Assembly: GCA_963665235.2 (NCBI GenBank)
Contig: CAXXLX010000001.1
Span: 1,856,001-1,920,000, forward strand
DNA from: Candidatus Poribacteria bacterium
GTDB lineage: Bacteria; Poribacteria; WGA-4E; WGA-3G
Reading direction: 5' to 3'
Length of the DNA: 64,000 nucleotides
Below, piece by piece: positions 1 to 9,305 of the stretch (positions within the stretch are counted from its first letter, which is position 1; each line of letters starts with the position of its first letter). Position numbers and translations under genes: made by a program. The notes under the pieces were generated by a model. That model was given only the letters and a program-made list of their open reading frames with translations. It was not told the origin of the DNA and made no database searches.

Positions 1-8
1 AAGACTTA

Positions 9-1484
9 GTGCTCGTTGCCAATGCGTTTGGCCAGGCGGTAGGCAGGGATGTAGCCCAGAATCCCGATGTCGATCGAAGTGGCAGCGTTGATATTCTTGA
101 CCTGGTTCGCGTAACGAAACGTTTTGGTGAAACTGTGCCGGATGAGAACTCAACGTATCATGATATTCAGGAGTATATTTTTGATAAGAGCTGTGCCAGT
201 AGCATTTGCCATGCTGCACCGCAGAACGCAGCCAATTTAAATCTAACATTTAGACTTTCCTATCAAGATTTAGTCGGACGTGTGCCTCGGAATCCTGCAG
301 CGGCAGCAGCAGGGATGAAACTCGTTGACCCCGGCAATCCGGAGAACAGTTTCCTTTTGACGAAATTAATGGGCCCCGAAGCTCCCGAACTCGGTCAACG
401 CATGCCTTATGGGATGGGAGCACTTCACAACGGAAAAATTAATGCTATCCGCACATGGATTACGGCAGGCGCGCCAGAAGCAGGAAAAGTGCCAGGAATC
501 GGTGACCTCGGGGTACTTCGAGACCCGCAAGAGGTATTTACACCACCTGCACCTCCGCCCCCTGGGCAAGGTTATCAACTTCGACTGCCGCCTTTCAAGA
601 TCGCACCTGGGACTGAGCGAGAGGTGTTCTATGCAACACAGATTACGGATGAAAATGGGCAACCTATAACGGGCGACATTTTTATTAACAGGGTTGAAAT
701 TTTCTATCCATCTGGCAGTCATCACTTCATCATATATCGGATTACGGAAAATGGGCTAGCCAAAGGGCTCTTAGAGAACGGCATAATCCCTGGCATTGCG
801 GTGAACCCTGAGGATACTTTCCGGGAACTTGACGCGAGTAATCCTGATCCGGTATTCGGACATATTGGCGAAAGACTTTTTGTCGTTGGCACACAGACAG
901 ACGATACCGTCTTCCAGTTTCCTGAAGGCGTAGGCTTGCGATTGCCCGGAGATACGATTTACGACCTGAATTCTCACTATATCAATCTCCTCGGAGACGA
1001 AACGTTGATTGGCGAAACCTATGTCAATATCTATACAATTCCGGAGGAGGAGGTCAAGTATGAGGCACTCGAAATTTTCGTCAACAATCGTCAAATTAAC
1101 GTACCGCCTAAAAAGACACGCGTCGCCAAAATGACCTGGTACGTTGAAGATGAATTGCGAGTCCGCGGCCATGACCCGGATACGGCTTTGAACGTCTTTT
1201 TGCTGAGTTCTCACATGCACAGGCACGGCGAAATTTTCGAAATTTATCAGACATCAACAGATAAGTTATTGCATCGGAGTGTCGCTTATGACGATGCACC
1301 TATTGACCTATTCAAGCCGCCCTTGGTTTTAGGCCCTGACGATGGGCTCAGCTTCCGGTGTACGCATAATAACTACGATAAAGACGTGCCGCTCCAGTTC
1401 GGACTTACCTCCGAGGACGAGATGTGTATTATGTTCGGTTATTACTTTGTACCGGCTGACAAGGCGGGGAGTATAATTCAATAG
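9..1484 (+). CDS. 5'-truncated multidomain protein: dockerin-like repeat, cytochrome-c-like segment, copper type II (PHM/DBH-like) monooxygenase domain
   Basis: The frame is open from the window edge. Motifs: DVDRSGSVDILDLV (dockerin-like), CASSICH, and Cu-ligand motifs SHHF, NSHY, SHMH, DEMC. Confidence 0.7.
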   Translation: MLVANAFGQAVGRDVAQNPDVDRSGSVDILDLVRVTKRFGETVPDENSTYHDIQEYIFDKSCASSICHAAPQNAANLNLTFRLSYQDLVGRVPRNPAAAAAGMKLVDPGNPENSFLLTKLMGPEAPELGQRMPYGMGALHNGKINAIRTWITAGAPEAGKVPGIGDLGVLRDPQEVFTPPAPPPPGQGYQLRLPPFKIAPGTEREVFYATQITDENGQPITGDIFINRVEIFYPSGSHHFIIYRITENGLAKGLLENGIIPGIAVNPEDTFRELDASNPDPVFGHIGERLFVVGTQTDDTVFQFPEGVGLRLPGDTIYDLNSHYINLLGDETLIGETYVNIYTIPEEEVKYEALEIFVNNRQINVPPKKTRVAKMTWYVEDELRVRGHDPDTALNVFLLSSHMHRHGEIFEIYQTSTDKLLHRSVAYDDAPIDLFKPPLVLGPDDGLSFRCTHNNYDKDVPLQFGLTSEDEMCIMFGYYFVPADKAGSIIQ

Positions 1485-1539
1485 TATTGTAGGAGTCCTT
1501 GAATCGGGTTTCCTGTCCCACAACTACAACTATCCGCTT

Positions 1540-1632
1540 TTTGGCTTTCGGCTGTCGAAAACTATCAGCTATCGGTAAGAGGGTTTTGATTTATCATCAG
1601 AAGTCTCTTACCAACAGCTGACTGCCGATGGC
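1540..1632. repeat. Intergenic inverted-repeat element with 7-mer-like arms
   Basis: CAGCTATCGGTAAGAG (1566-1581) pairs imperfectly with CTCTTACCAACAGCTG (1605-1620). Confidence 0.55.
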
Positions 1633-1646
1633 GCATCGCAAATAGC

Positions 1647-3527
1647 ATGCTTACCACACCATATAAAAAAAAGAATTTCATCGAATCCTTAGCACAGCGA
1701 GTCCTTGTGTGCGATGGTGCCATCGGCACAGAACTCCGGAAACGTATACCGGCGCATCTGTCTTGTGTAGATGCCTGTAATATTTTTGATGAATACAGAG
1801 ACGCAGTCGTTGAGATTCACCGAGAGTACGCCGCAGTCGGGGCGGATGTTATTCAAACCAACACCTATCAGGCAAATAGAGAGGCGTTGGCAATTCACGG
1901 GTTAGCCGAGCAGGTTGAAGCCATTAACCGGGCAGGCGTGAAATTAGCGCGGCGTGGTGCAGGGGAGGCGTGCTATATTGCTGGCTCCGTTGGGCAAATT
2001 CCGTTTCAAACGGCGGATGCCACTGCCACAAACGTCAGCCCATCCAGTAAAACGATTCGCAAGCTTTTCAAAGAACAGATGGACGCACTCGTTAATGAAG
2101 GGGTTGACCTGCTCATATTGGAAACGTTTGTGTCTGCCAAGCAGGCGGAGATAGCTACGAAGCAGGCACTGACGTACGATTTACCTGTTATCGTCGAGAT
2201 TAGCGGAATTTCTGGTGGAACTGTCGGCACAGGCGTGGATGTACGCGTCTTCGCCCAGGAATTGGAACAACTCGGTGCCCATGCGGTCGGTATAAATTGT
2301 AGAGGCCCGCACGATTTGGTTGAAGCGATGGAGCTCCTCGCGCCTGTCATAAAGGTACCGCTCGTCGTGCAGCCCAACGCGGGCAATCCGAGGGTGGAAC
2401 AGGGAGAAATTGCCGTTTCCTATACCGTTGACGCGGATGTCTTTACCGACTATGTCCACAAATTAATTAAACTTGGCGCGAACATGATTGGGGGGTGTTG
2501 CGGCACAACGCCTGAGTATACCGCCAAGATTCGGGAAGCGGTTGCCGATACGAAACCGGTTAAACGGCAGCCCCGTATTTTTGTGCTGCCGAAACGTTCG
2601 CCAGCGTCCAAAACAGAACGAGATAACCCGGTGCAGCAGGTATTTGAAACACGCGAACGGATTGTGAGTGTAGAGGCGCGCGCCAATACGTTTCCACAAT
2701 TACGTGCCCTGCTCAAGGAGGCGAAAGTCCTCGCTGCGCTCGGTGTCGACCTATTTGATGTGACCGATAATTCCGGGGCAGCGGTAAACATCGGGGCAGT
2801 CGGGACAGCCTTTAGACTTCAGCAGGCGACGCATATTCCGACGCTTATCCATTGGACAACCCGGTCGCGCAATCTTATCAGTATGCAGTCGCATCTGTTG
2901 GAGGCAGAGGCGTTGGGGATTCGCGGAATAGTCGCTTTATCCGGTGACCATCCAAAGGCGGGCCCGTATGAATCCGCTAGTCTTGTCCCTGACGTTCGCG
3001 GCGCGGTTCAATTGATGAAGCTCATTTCTCGGTTAAACCGAGGTGAACTTGCCGATGGCGCGTCCATCGGAGACCCGTGTGGTTTTTATTACGGCGGCGG
3101 GTTCACAATTGCTGAAAACCTATTACCCCACGTTAAGCATCTAACCAATAAAGTCGCAAACGGCGCAAAGTTTGCCTATACACAACCGGTTTGGACATAT
3201 CAAGACATTGAACGTGCGCAGAAAGCGACTGAACACCTCGGCATAAAAATCCTTTACGGCATTCTACCGCTAACGAGTTTCCGCAGTGCCTCCTACCTAC
3301 GCGACAATTTAGGGCTTTATATTCCGCAGTTCATTGTTGATAAATTCCGGGACCTTGGCGATACGGCAGGCAGTGAACTCGGCATGCGGTTGACCTTGGA
3401 GCTGGTCCAGAAAATCCGAAATCAGGATGCATTTCCGATTGATGGCATCTATCTTATCCCCCCAGCGCGGCTAAATTGGAAAAATAGACGCGGTGTTATT
3501 TCTGAAATCGTTAAAACCTATCGTTAG
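1647..3527 (+). CDS. yitJ: Bifunctional homocysteine S-methyltransferase / methylenetetrahydrofolate reductase (YitJ-like)
   Basis: DGAIGTEL, GADVIQTNT, GINC and GGCCGTTP (Zn-binding HMT domain), followed by an MTHFR domain (VTDN, SGDHP, TQPV). Confidence 0.9.
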   Translation: MLTTPYKKKNFIESLAQRVLVCDGAIGTELRKRIPAHLSCVDACNIFDEYRDAVVEIHREYAAVGADVIQTNTYQANREALAIHGLAEQVEAINRAGVKLARRGAGEACYIAGSVGQIPFQTADATATNVSPSSKTIRKLFKEQMDALVNEGVDLLILETFVSAKQAEIATKQALTYDLPVIVEISGISGGTVGTGVDVRVFAQELEQLGAHAVGINCRGPHDLVEAMELLAPVIKVPLVVQPNAGNPRVEQGEIAVSYTVDADVFTDYVHKLIKLGANMIGGCCGTTPEYTAKIREAVADTKPVKRQPRIFVLPKRSPASKTERDNPVQQVFETRERIVSVEARANTFPQLRALLKEAKVLAALGVDLFDVTDNSGAAVNIGAVGTAFRLQQATHIPTLIHWTTRSRNLISMQSHLLEAEALGIRGIVALSGDHPKAGPYESASLVPDVRGAVQLMKLISRLNRGELADGASIGDPCGFYYGGGFTIAENLLPHVKHLTNKVANGAKFAYTQPVWTYQDIERAQKATEHLGIKILYGILPLTSFRSASYLRDNLGLYIPQFIVDKFRDLGDTAGSELGMRLTLELVQKIRNQDAFPIDGIYLIPPARLNWKNRRGVISEIVKTYR

Positions 3528-3683
3528 CCTGGGCTATTGGAAACCATTGGAAACCGTTGGAGACCAGAAGTCTCTGACGCGTGTCAAAAACCTGCTTAGA
3601 ATCGCAACCTCCTGCTAAATGCTAATTGGTTGTTGGCAAGAACGCATCGTCTAATACCGAATTTAAAAAAATAATCTTCAGGA

Positions 3684-3780
3684 CTATATTATCATTTTTG
3701 CCTATTTTTGATAATAAGGAATTCTATATTATCATTTTTACCTATTTTTGATAATAAGGAATTCTATATTATCATTTTTG
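3684..3780. repeat. AT-rich 40-bp tandem repeat, about 2.4 copies
   Basis: CTATATTATCATTTTTRCCTATTTTTGATAATAAGGAATT at 3684 and 3724, partial copy at 3764. Confidence 0.95.
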
Positions 3781-3994
3781 GAAACTATCGCGAATTTAGT
3801 GGATTTGCAAAATGGAAAAATAATATGAATCCTGTTAATTTGGTATAAGTGGGACGTTTGTATGCGCGCTTACAAATGGTGGAGGAGATGCTTAAACAAA
3901 TGAACCTCATTCCTCATTTTGTTTATTGAAGAGAACGCGAAATTCTGCTAAAATATTAGAAAAACAGGTAGGAGAAGGAGACACAACCCAAGAG

Positions 3995-5002
3995 ATGGAC
4001 AAAAAACGCGCAAATGGACGCTACTATACACGTGGAAATCCGTTTCAGATGGAGGTTTTCCAGACGTGGGCAAAAGCTCTTAATTTAGAACAACAGACCG
4101 TATTGGAACCGTTTGCAGGGGCTAAGCACATTCCACAATTAATTGCCGCAGCAGATTTGCAGTGCGGAGATTGGGCATGTTATGACATTGCACCGGGGGC
4201 AAAAGGAATTGTGCAACGTGATACACTCCTTGACTTTCCAAGGGGATTTGATGTATGCATTACCAATCCACCTTGGCTTGCGCGCAACTCTGCAACGCGC
4301 CGAGGGTTGCCGTTTCCGGAAACAACACACCACAATGATCTTTATAAATACGCGCTTGAACAGTGTTTAACACACTGTTCATGGGTTGCCGCCATCATTC
4401 CTGAGGCGTTTATTCGGAGCGGTCTGTTTTTGCAACGGTTGTGTGATTTTATCTCTTTGGTCCCACAAACACAAGGTTCGATGGCACAAGAAAATAAAAA
4501 AAGAGACACCTCCTATATGTTTGAAGACACTGAACATCCAGTGGGTCTGGCACTGTTTGCCCCGGACGCAACATCGGACGTTAGGGTATGGCGTAACAAT
4601 CAACTTATAGGTGGTCTCAATGCGCTACGGAAGCATCTCCCGATGCGTTCCAGCAATCGCGGCATTGTGTTCAATGAGCCGAATGGAAACCTCGGCCTCA
4701 TCGCCATAGATAATACCGTCTCTGCCTCTATCCAATTTTGTCCGCCAGCGGAACTGGCGGGGTATCCTATCCGCCACCAGTGTCGCTCCATTACGAAAAT
4801 TGGTGTGCCGTGGCGCGTGGACATAGAGATGCTCAACGCGCGTTTGGCAACAATCCGAGAGAAAACCCACGATGTTTTCTTGACAGCGTTCAAAGGCATA
4901 CGCCGCGATGGACAGTACCGACGACGGTTAGATTGGGCATTGGCACGGTCAATTATTGACGTGAAAGGCCTACATTTGCAACTTGAAATGGATATGGAGT
5001 AA
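3995..5002 (+). CDS. Orphan amino (N6A/N4C) DNA methyltransferase-like protein
   Basis: GRYYT, motif I LEPFAG and motif IV ITNPPW. ATG 3995 is preferred over TTG 3926. Confidence 0.65.
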   Translation: MDKKRANGRYYTRGNPFQMEVFQTWAKALNLEQQTVLEPFAGAKHIPQLIAAADLQCGDWACYDIAPGAKGIVQRDTLLDFPRGFDVCITNPPWLARNSATRRGLPFPETTHHNDLYKYALEQCLTHCSWVAAIIPEAFIRSGLFLQRLCDFISLVPQTQGSMAQENKKRDTSYMFEDTEHPVGLALFAPDATSDVRVWRNNQLIGGLNALRKHLPMRSSNRGIVFNEPNGNLGLIAIDNTVSASIQFCPPAELAGYPIRHQCRSITKIGVPWRVDIEMLNARLATIREKTHDVFLTAFKGIRRDGQYRRRLDWALARSIIDVKGLHLQLEMDME

Positions 5003-5060
5003 AAATAACTTAATCGCAACCCCGCCTGTAACAACGACGAAGGCACCATGATTCAATTCT

Positions 5061-6989
5061 ATGCAAACTCATAGACCTCCTGGTTCATCTACTCCTATTA
5101 CAAGTCGCTCCCTCCTCATAGGTGTCCTACTTATCCCTGTCAATGTCTATTGGATGACGATAGTTGAGGTGAAATACTACTCGCTTGATGGCTCGTGTCT
5201 GCCGCTGTTTATTCAACCCGTTTTCATCATGTTTGTGTGTGTGGTAGGCAATTGCATCTTGAAACAATTTGCCCCTAAACGGATGTTACAGCAAGGGGAG
5301 TTGCTAACTGTCTACATCATGGTAGCGATTTCCTGTACATTTGCCGGGCATGACACAATGCAGAATATGTTCGGCAGTATTGCCCACCCTTTCCGATTTG
5401 CAACGGAAGAGAATGAGTGGCAAACACTTTTTTTCCCATATCTTCCGTCATGGCTCACTATCTCTGATGCCCAGAGCTTGCGTGGGTTTTATGAAGGCGA
5501 ATCGACCTTCTATACAAGCCACAATTTTTTTGTTTGGATAAAACCGCTGCTGTTCTGGGGATTTTTTTTCCTCGTCATGATGTTTATGATGCTTTGTATC
5601 AACACGCTTATCCGAAAACGGTGGGCGGAGCAGGAGAAGCTGGCGTATCCTATTATCCAACTGCCGCTGTACCTTTCAGAGGAGGGCGGAAGTCGTCTAC
5701 TGAAAAATAGGATGATGTGGGTAGGTTTCAGTATTGCGGCAACCATTGGGGTGATTAACGGTATTCATTACCTATTTCCGCAGTTTCCGGAGATTCCGTA
5801 TATCAAACGGACGGCTGTATTTCAAAACATCTTTACGGAACGTCCCTTGAGTGCTATCCGCGGAACACGCATCTCTGTTTACCCGTTTGCTGTGGGATTA
5901 GCCTATTTCCTTCCGCTGGATTTGTCCTTTTCGTGCTGGTTTTTCTTTGTGGTGCGGTTAGCAGAATTTGTGATTGCGGCCGCGCTTGGCACACGTTATT
6001 TTCCGGCTTTGAACGAACAGGCTTATGGGGCGTGGGTTGCACTGTTCATATTGGCTATTTGGGTTACGCGTCGGCATCTAAAAGCGGTATTGAAAAAGGC
6101 GTTAGGTTTTCAGTCGGAGCTTGATGATTCAGATGAACCGATGCCGTATCGTGCTGCGTTGTTAGGCATTATCGGCTCACTGATTGCGCTCGGTATTTTT
6201 GCGAACATAGCGGGTATGGCATTATGGGTTGCTGGCGTTTTCTTTGGTGTCTATTTCCTGCTCTCCTTTGCGATTACCCGGGTGCGTGCGGAGCTCGGCA
6301 CACCGCATGAAATTTACTATGTGAACCCACACGATATGCTGGCGATGGTTGGCGGAACGCGGCAATTTGATACGAGCAGCCTCACAATTATGTCGCTTTT
6401 CTATTGGTTCAATCGCGGGTATCGGAATCATCCGATGCCGAATCAGATAGAGGCGTTTAAGTTGGCAGAATCAACAGGTATGGGCAACCGGCGTTTGTGG
6501 ATAGCGATGTTAATCGCAATTGTTATCGGCATTTTAGCCACCTTTTGGGCGAATCTTGACATTACCTTCCGCAACGGCGCGGTTGCTAAGGCTGGCGGTT
6601 TCAAAGGATGGGTCGGCAGAGAGTCGTTCGGTCGCCTTCAGCGGTGGTTACATAATCCGACTGAACCGAACATGGTCGGCATGGGATTTATGGGAATTGG
6701 CGCGCTTTTGACGTTCGTGATGATGTATATGCGGATGCATTTCTTGTGGTGGCCCTTTCATCCGGCGGGGTACGCGCTCGCTATCAGTTTTGCGATGGAT
6801 TACTTCTGGTTCGCCTTTTTCGTGGCGTGGTTTCTGAAATTAATGATTTTACGACACGGGGGGTTGAAGTTGCATCGACGCGTAGCACCGCTCTTTCTGG
6901 GGTTAATTTTAGGTGATTACGTCATCGGGGGCGTCTGGGCAATTATCGGGCCGCTATCGGGGTTGCGTACCTATAAAATTTTCATTTAA
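5061..6989 (+). CDS. Polytopic membrane protein, OPT-transporter-like (DUF6785/DUF6784-type)
   Basis: Many TM segments. Motifs W.E.EKLAYPIIQLP, PLDLSFSCWFF and WWPFHPAG are shared with 29001-30959. Confidence 0.7.
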   Translation: MQTHRPPGSSTPITSRSLLIGVLLIPVNVYWMTIVEVKYYSLDGSCLPLFIQPVFIMFVCVVGNCILKQFAPKRMLQQGELLTVYIMVAISCTFAGHDTMQNMFGSIAHPFRFATEENEWQTLFFPYLPSWLTISDAQSLRGFYEGESTFYTSHNFFVWIKPLLFWGFFFLVMMFMMLCINTLIRKRWAEQEKLAYPIIQLPLYLSEEGGSRLLKNRMMWVGFSIAATIGVINGIHYLFPQFPEIPYIKRTAVFQNIFTERPLSAIRGTRISVYPFAVGLAYFLPLDLSFSCWFFFVVRLAEFVIAAALGTRYFPALNEQAYGAWVALFILAIWVTRRHLKAVLKKALGFQSELDDSDEPMPYRAALLGIIGSLIALGIFANIAGMALWVAGVFFGVYFLLSFAITRVRAELGTPHEIYYVNPHDMLAMVGGTRQFDTSSLTIMSLFYWFNRGYRNHPMPNQIEAFKLAESTGMGNRRLWIAMLIAIVIGILATFWANLDITFRNGAVAKAGGFKGWVGRESFGRLQRWLHNPTEPNMVGMGFMGIGALLTFVMMYMRMHFLWWPFHPAGYALAISFAMDYFWFAFFVAWFLKLMILRHGGLKLHRRVAPLFLGLILGDYVIGGVWAIIGPLSGLRTYKIFI

Positions 6990-6990
6990 A

Positions 6991-7222
6991 ATTTCCTTGC
7001 GGTTCGGTGAGGAGATATGTAAGAAAACCGTCTATTTCCGTCCATCCAGTCCTGCCCGTTGGTTGGGTTTTTGATATTTCCTTGCGGTTCGTTTAGAATT
7101 TTAGTAGTTAAAAGGGTTTCTTCCGTATATCCAGCCCTGCTCTTAGTCCCGTAGGGACGATATATTTATAGAAGTCTTTTGTGCTCGTTCTCTTAGTCCC
7201 GTAGGGACGATATATTTATAGA
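6991..7222. repeat. Composite intergenic repeats: degenerate ~85-bp duplication plus two 33-bp REP-like copies
   Basis: ATTTCCTTGCGGTTCG at 6991 and 7076. CTCTTAGTCCCGTAGGGACGATATATTTATAGA at 7140 and 7190, with palindromic core GTCCCGTAGGGAC. Confidence 0.85.
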
Positions 7223-7352
7223 GGTTAGTGCAAACGGATGTTTATTATCAAGCTCACGTTAGATCAAGTAAACGATTTATGAGATAGACTGTAAGACAGA
7301 TACCTCTGTTGGAAACCGGCCTGTAGCGACGGGACAGGTGGTCAAGAGGACC

Positions 7353-8030
7353 ATGAATCAAAATTATCCTATTACAAATACTACAATCTCGCTCGGGGAT
7401 AGAGAGATTCAACTTACGGTTATAGATGAACCTGACCGTCTCTTGGACGAATTGAGTAGAGAGGACAGTGACGGAAAACTCTATCTCCCCTACTGGACCT
7501 ATCTCTGGGAGTCTGCTATCGGACTGGCACACCACGTGGAGGCAATAGGGCAAACGCTCTCTGACCAACACATCCTGGAAATCGGCTGCGGTTTTGGACT
7601 TGCAGGAATTGCTGCCTGTCACGCTGGGACAAAAGTGGTTTTCACGGACTTTGAACGGGAGGCACTGTTGTTTGCACGGCACAACGCACAACAAAACGGT
7701 GCGGATTCAGCTGTTTTCGTTCAGATGGATTGGAACGCGCCGTGCTTCCGTTGCAGGTTTGACGTTATTCTCGCTGCCGATGTAATCTATGAGGAGCATC
7801 ATTGGCAACCGATTTTAGCTCTGCTCCAGAAGCTGCTCGCGCCTAACGGCATCGCCCTCTTTTCTGAACCGAATCGGAAAAATGCAGATGGATTCTTCAT
7901 AACGCTACAGGATAGTGGGTTTATATACAAAAAAACCATCTGCACTATTTCCTTATCGTGCTCTGAAGCTCGCTCCTACGGGGATGAGAGGACTATCCCA
8001 ATTAACATCTACACGGTTGAACGAGCGTGA
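7353..8030 (+). CDS. Class I SAM-dependent methyltransferase (METTL21/nicotinamide N-methylase-like)
   Basis: PYWTYLWES, LEIGCGFGL, TDF and LAADVIYE motifs. GAGGA lies just before ATG 7353. Confidence 0.85.
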   Translation: MNQNYPITNTTISLGDREIQLTVIDEPDRLLDELSREDSDGKLYLPYWTYLWESAIGLAHHVEAIGQTLSDQHILEIGCGFGLAGIAACHAGTKVVFTDFEREALLFARHNAQQNGADSAVFVQMDWNAPCFRCRFDVILAADVIYEEHHWQPILALLQKLLAPNGIALFSEPNRKNADGFFITLQDSGFIYKKTICTISLSCSEARSYGDERTIPINIYTVERA

Positions 8031-8114
8031 GCTTGTAGCAGAGGCCTCTTTGATAGTGCCCAACACCATTCCTCTCAACGCGTTTGAGTTCTCCAGCTAA
8101 CTGCTGCCTTGTGT

Positions 8115-9170
8115 CTACTTATCACTCTTTTGGGTTCCCCAGGTTACTTTTTTTTTATCGCGTGGGGTAACAGGAAGCACATCATCGCTTATCCAATCTA
8201 TTATCTGATCCCACCCCGGATCGTCTGTTAGCTGTGTTCTCACACGGGTTGGGATATGATACTTATAGATATAGCAAGGTGGAAACTCTATAGGACCATG
8301 TATCGGTTCGTTCAAAGGCATACCTTCACGTGCACTAAAAACAACCGATTTACCGTCGTCCATCCAGTCAATGCCGTAGCATCTCCAATCCTCCGGTATA
8401 TCGAGTTTTTTTATGTTTGTTCCGTCGCGATTACAAATCATATACCGATACGCCCTGAAGAACCTTGCGTTGCCGACATTTGGCACGAACTCCCATTTAT
8501 GCTCCATTTCTGTAAACACAATCTGTTTACCATCCGGGGACCAGCGCGGACGGGAGCGGTGAATAACGAAATTATCCGCTTGTATACCGGGGGTAGGGAT
8601 GAGTTTGCGTCGGTTCCGACCATCCGCCCCGATAATCCAGATTGTGCTGCCAGCCCCCCCCACCGCCACTGCCTCTGCGAATACAATGGACTTGCCATCC
8701 GGAGACCAATCACAGAAGTTCGCCAGGGTATCCGCTATTTCTTTCATCTTCCCCGTTTCAATATTCAGCACGGTGATGCTGTATTTTGATTTGTTGTCCA
8801 CCCGAACTGTCCTATTAAAGACGATATACTTCCCATCCGGTGAAAATGACACTATACCGATATAACCCCCACCATCTTCTATGAGTTTCCGAACGTTCGT
8901 GCCATCCGGATCCATCAAGAATACGGCTACATCTCCATTTACACGGAGCCGTCTCTGAAATGCAATCTGTTTACCGTCAGGGGACCAGCAATTGGGGAAA
9001 GGTCTCAACTCTTTGGATTCGGTGAGGAGTGTCTGGTTGCTACCATCATCGTCCATAACGTAAACACCCCGCACCCCGTTGCGTTCTGAGCTAAAAACGA
9101 TTTTGGCCTGTGCTGCGGTTGATATAAGCAGTAGCAGCAGACAAAGCAAACTGATTTTGCGTCCAAACAT
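8115..9170 (-). CDS. Secreted TolB-like (PD40) beta-propeller protein
   Basis: Signal peptide, repeated WSPDGK/FSPDGK, and C-terminal LPVTPRDKKKVTWGTQK. Confidence 0.85.
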   Translation of the reverse strand: MFGRKISLLCLLLLLISTAAQAKIVFSSERNGVRGVYVMDDDGSNQTLLTESKELRPFPNCWSPDGKQIAFQRRLRVNGDVAVFLMDPDGTNVRKLIEDGGGYIGIVSFSPDGKYIVFNRTVRVDNKSKYSITVLNIETGKMKEIADTLANFCDWSPDGKSIVFAEAVAVGGAGSTIWIIGADGRNRRKLIPTPGIQADNFVIHRSRPRWSPDGKQIVFTEMEHKWEFVPNVGNARFFRAYRYMICNRDGTNIKKLDIPEDWRCYGIDWMDDGKSVVFSAREGMPLNEPIHGPIEFPPCYIYKYHIPTRVRTQLTDDPGWDQIIDWISDDVLPVTPRDKKKVTWGTQKSDK

Positions 9171-9305
9171 GACTATTCTCCTTGGATGGAATGGCCCCCT
9201 GCCCCAAAAAGCGGGGACAGGAGGCCTTTACAGTAGGTTATGGATTGTGGTTTTCATCAAACGTGGTAGTATTATCTGTGCCGTGCCAGATATCTGTAGT
9301 TCCAT

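Noticed and set aside
7140-7222. Mini-CRISPR (two 33-bp repeats)
   Set aside because: There are only two copies with a 17-bp gap, and a related sequence occurs singly at ~37856. This fits a REP-like family.
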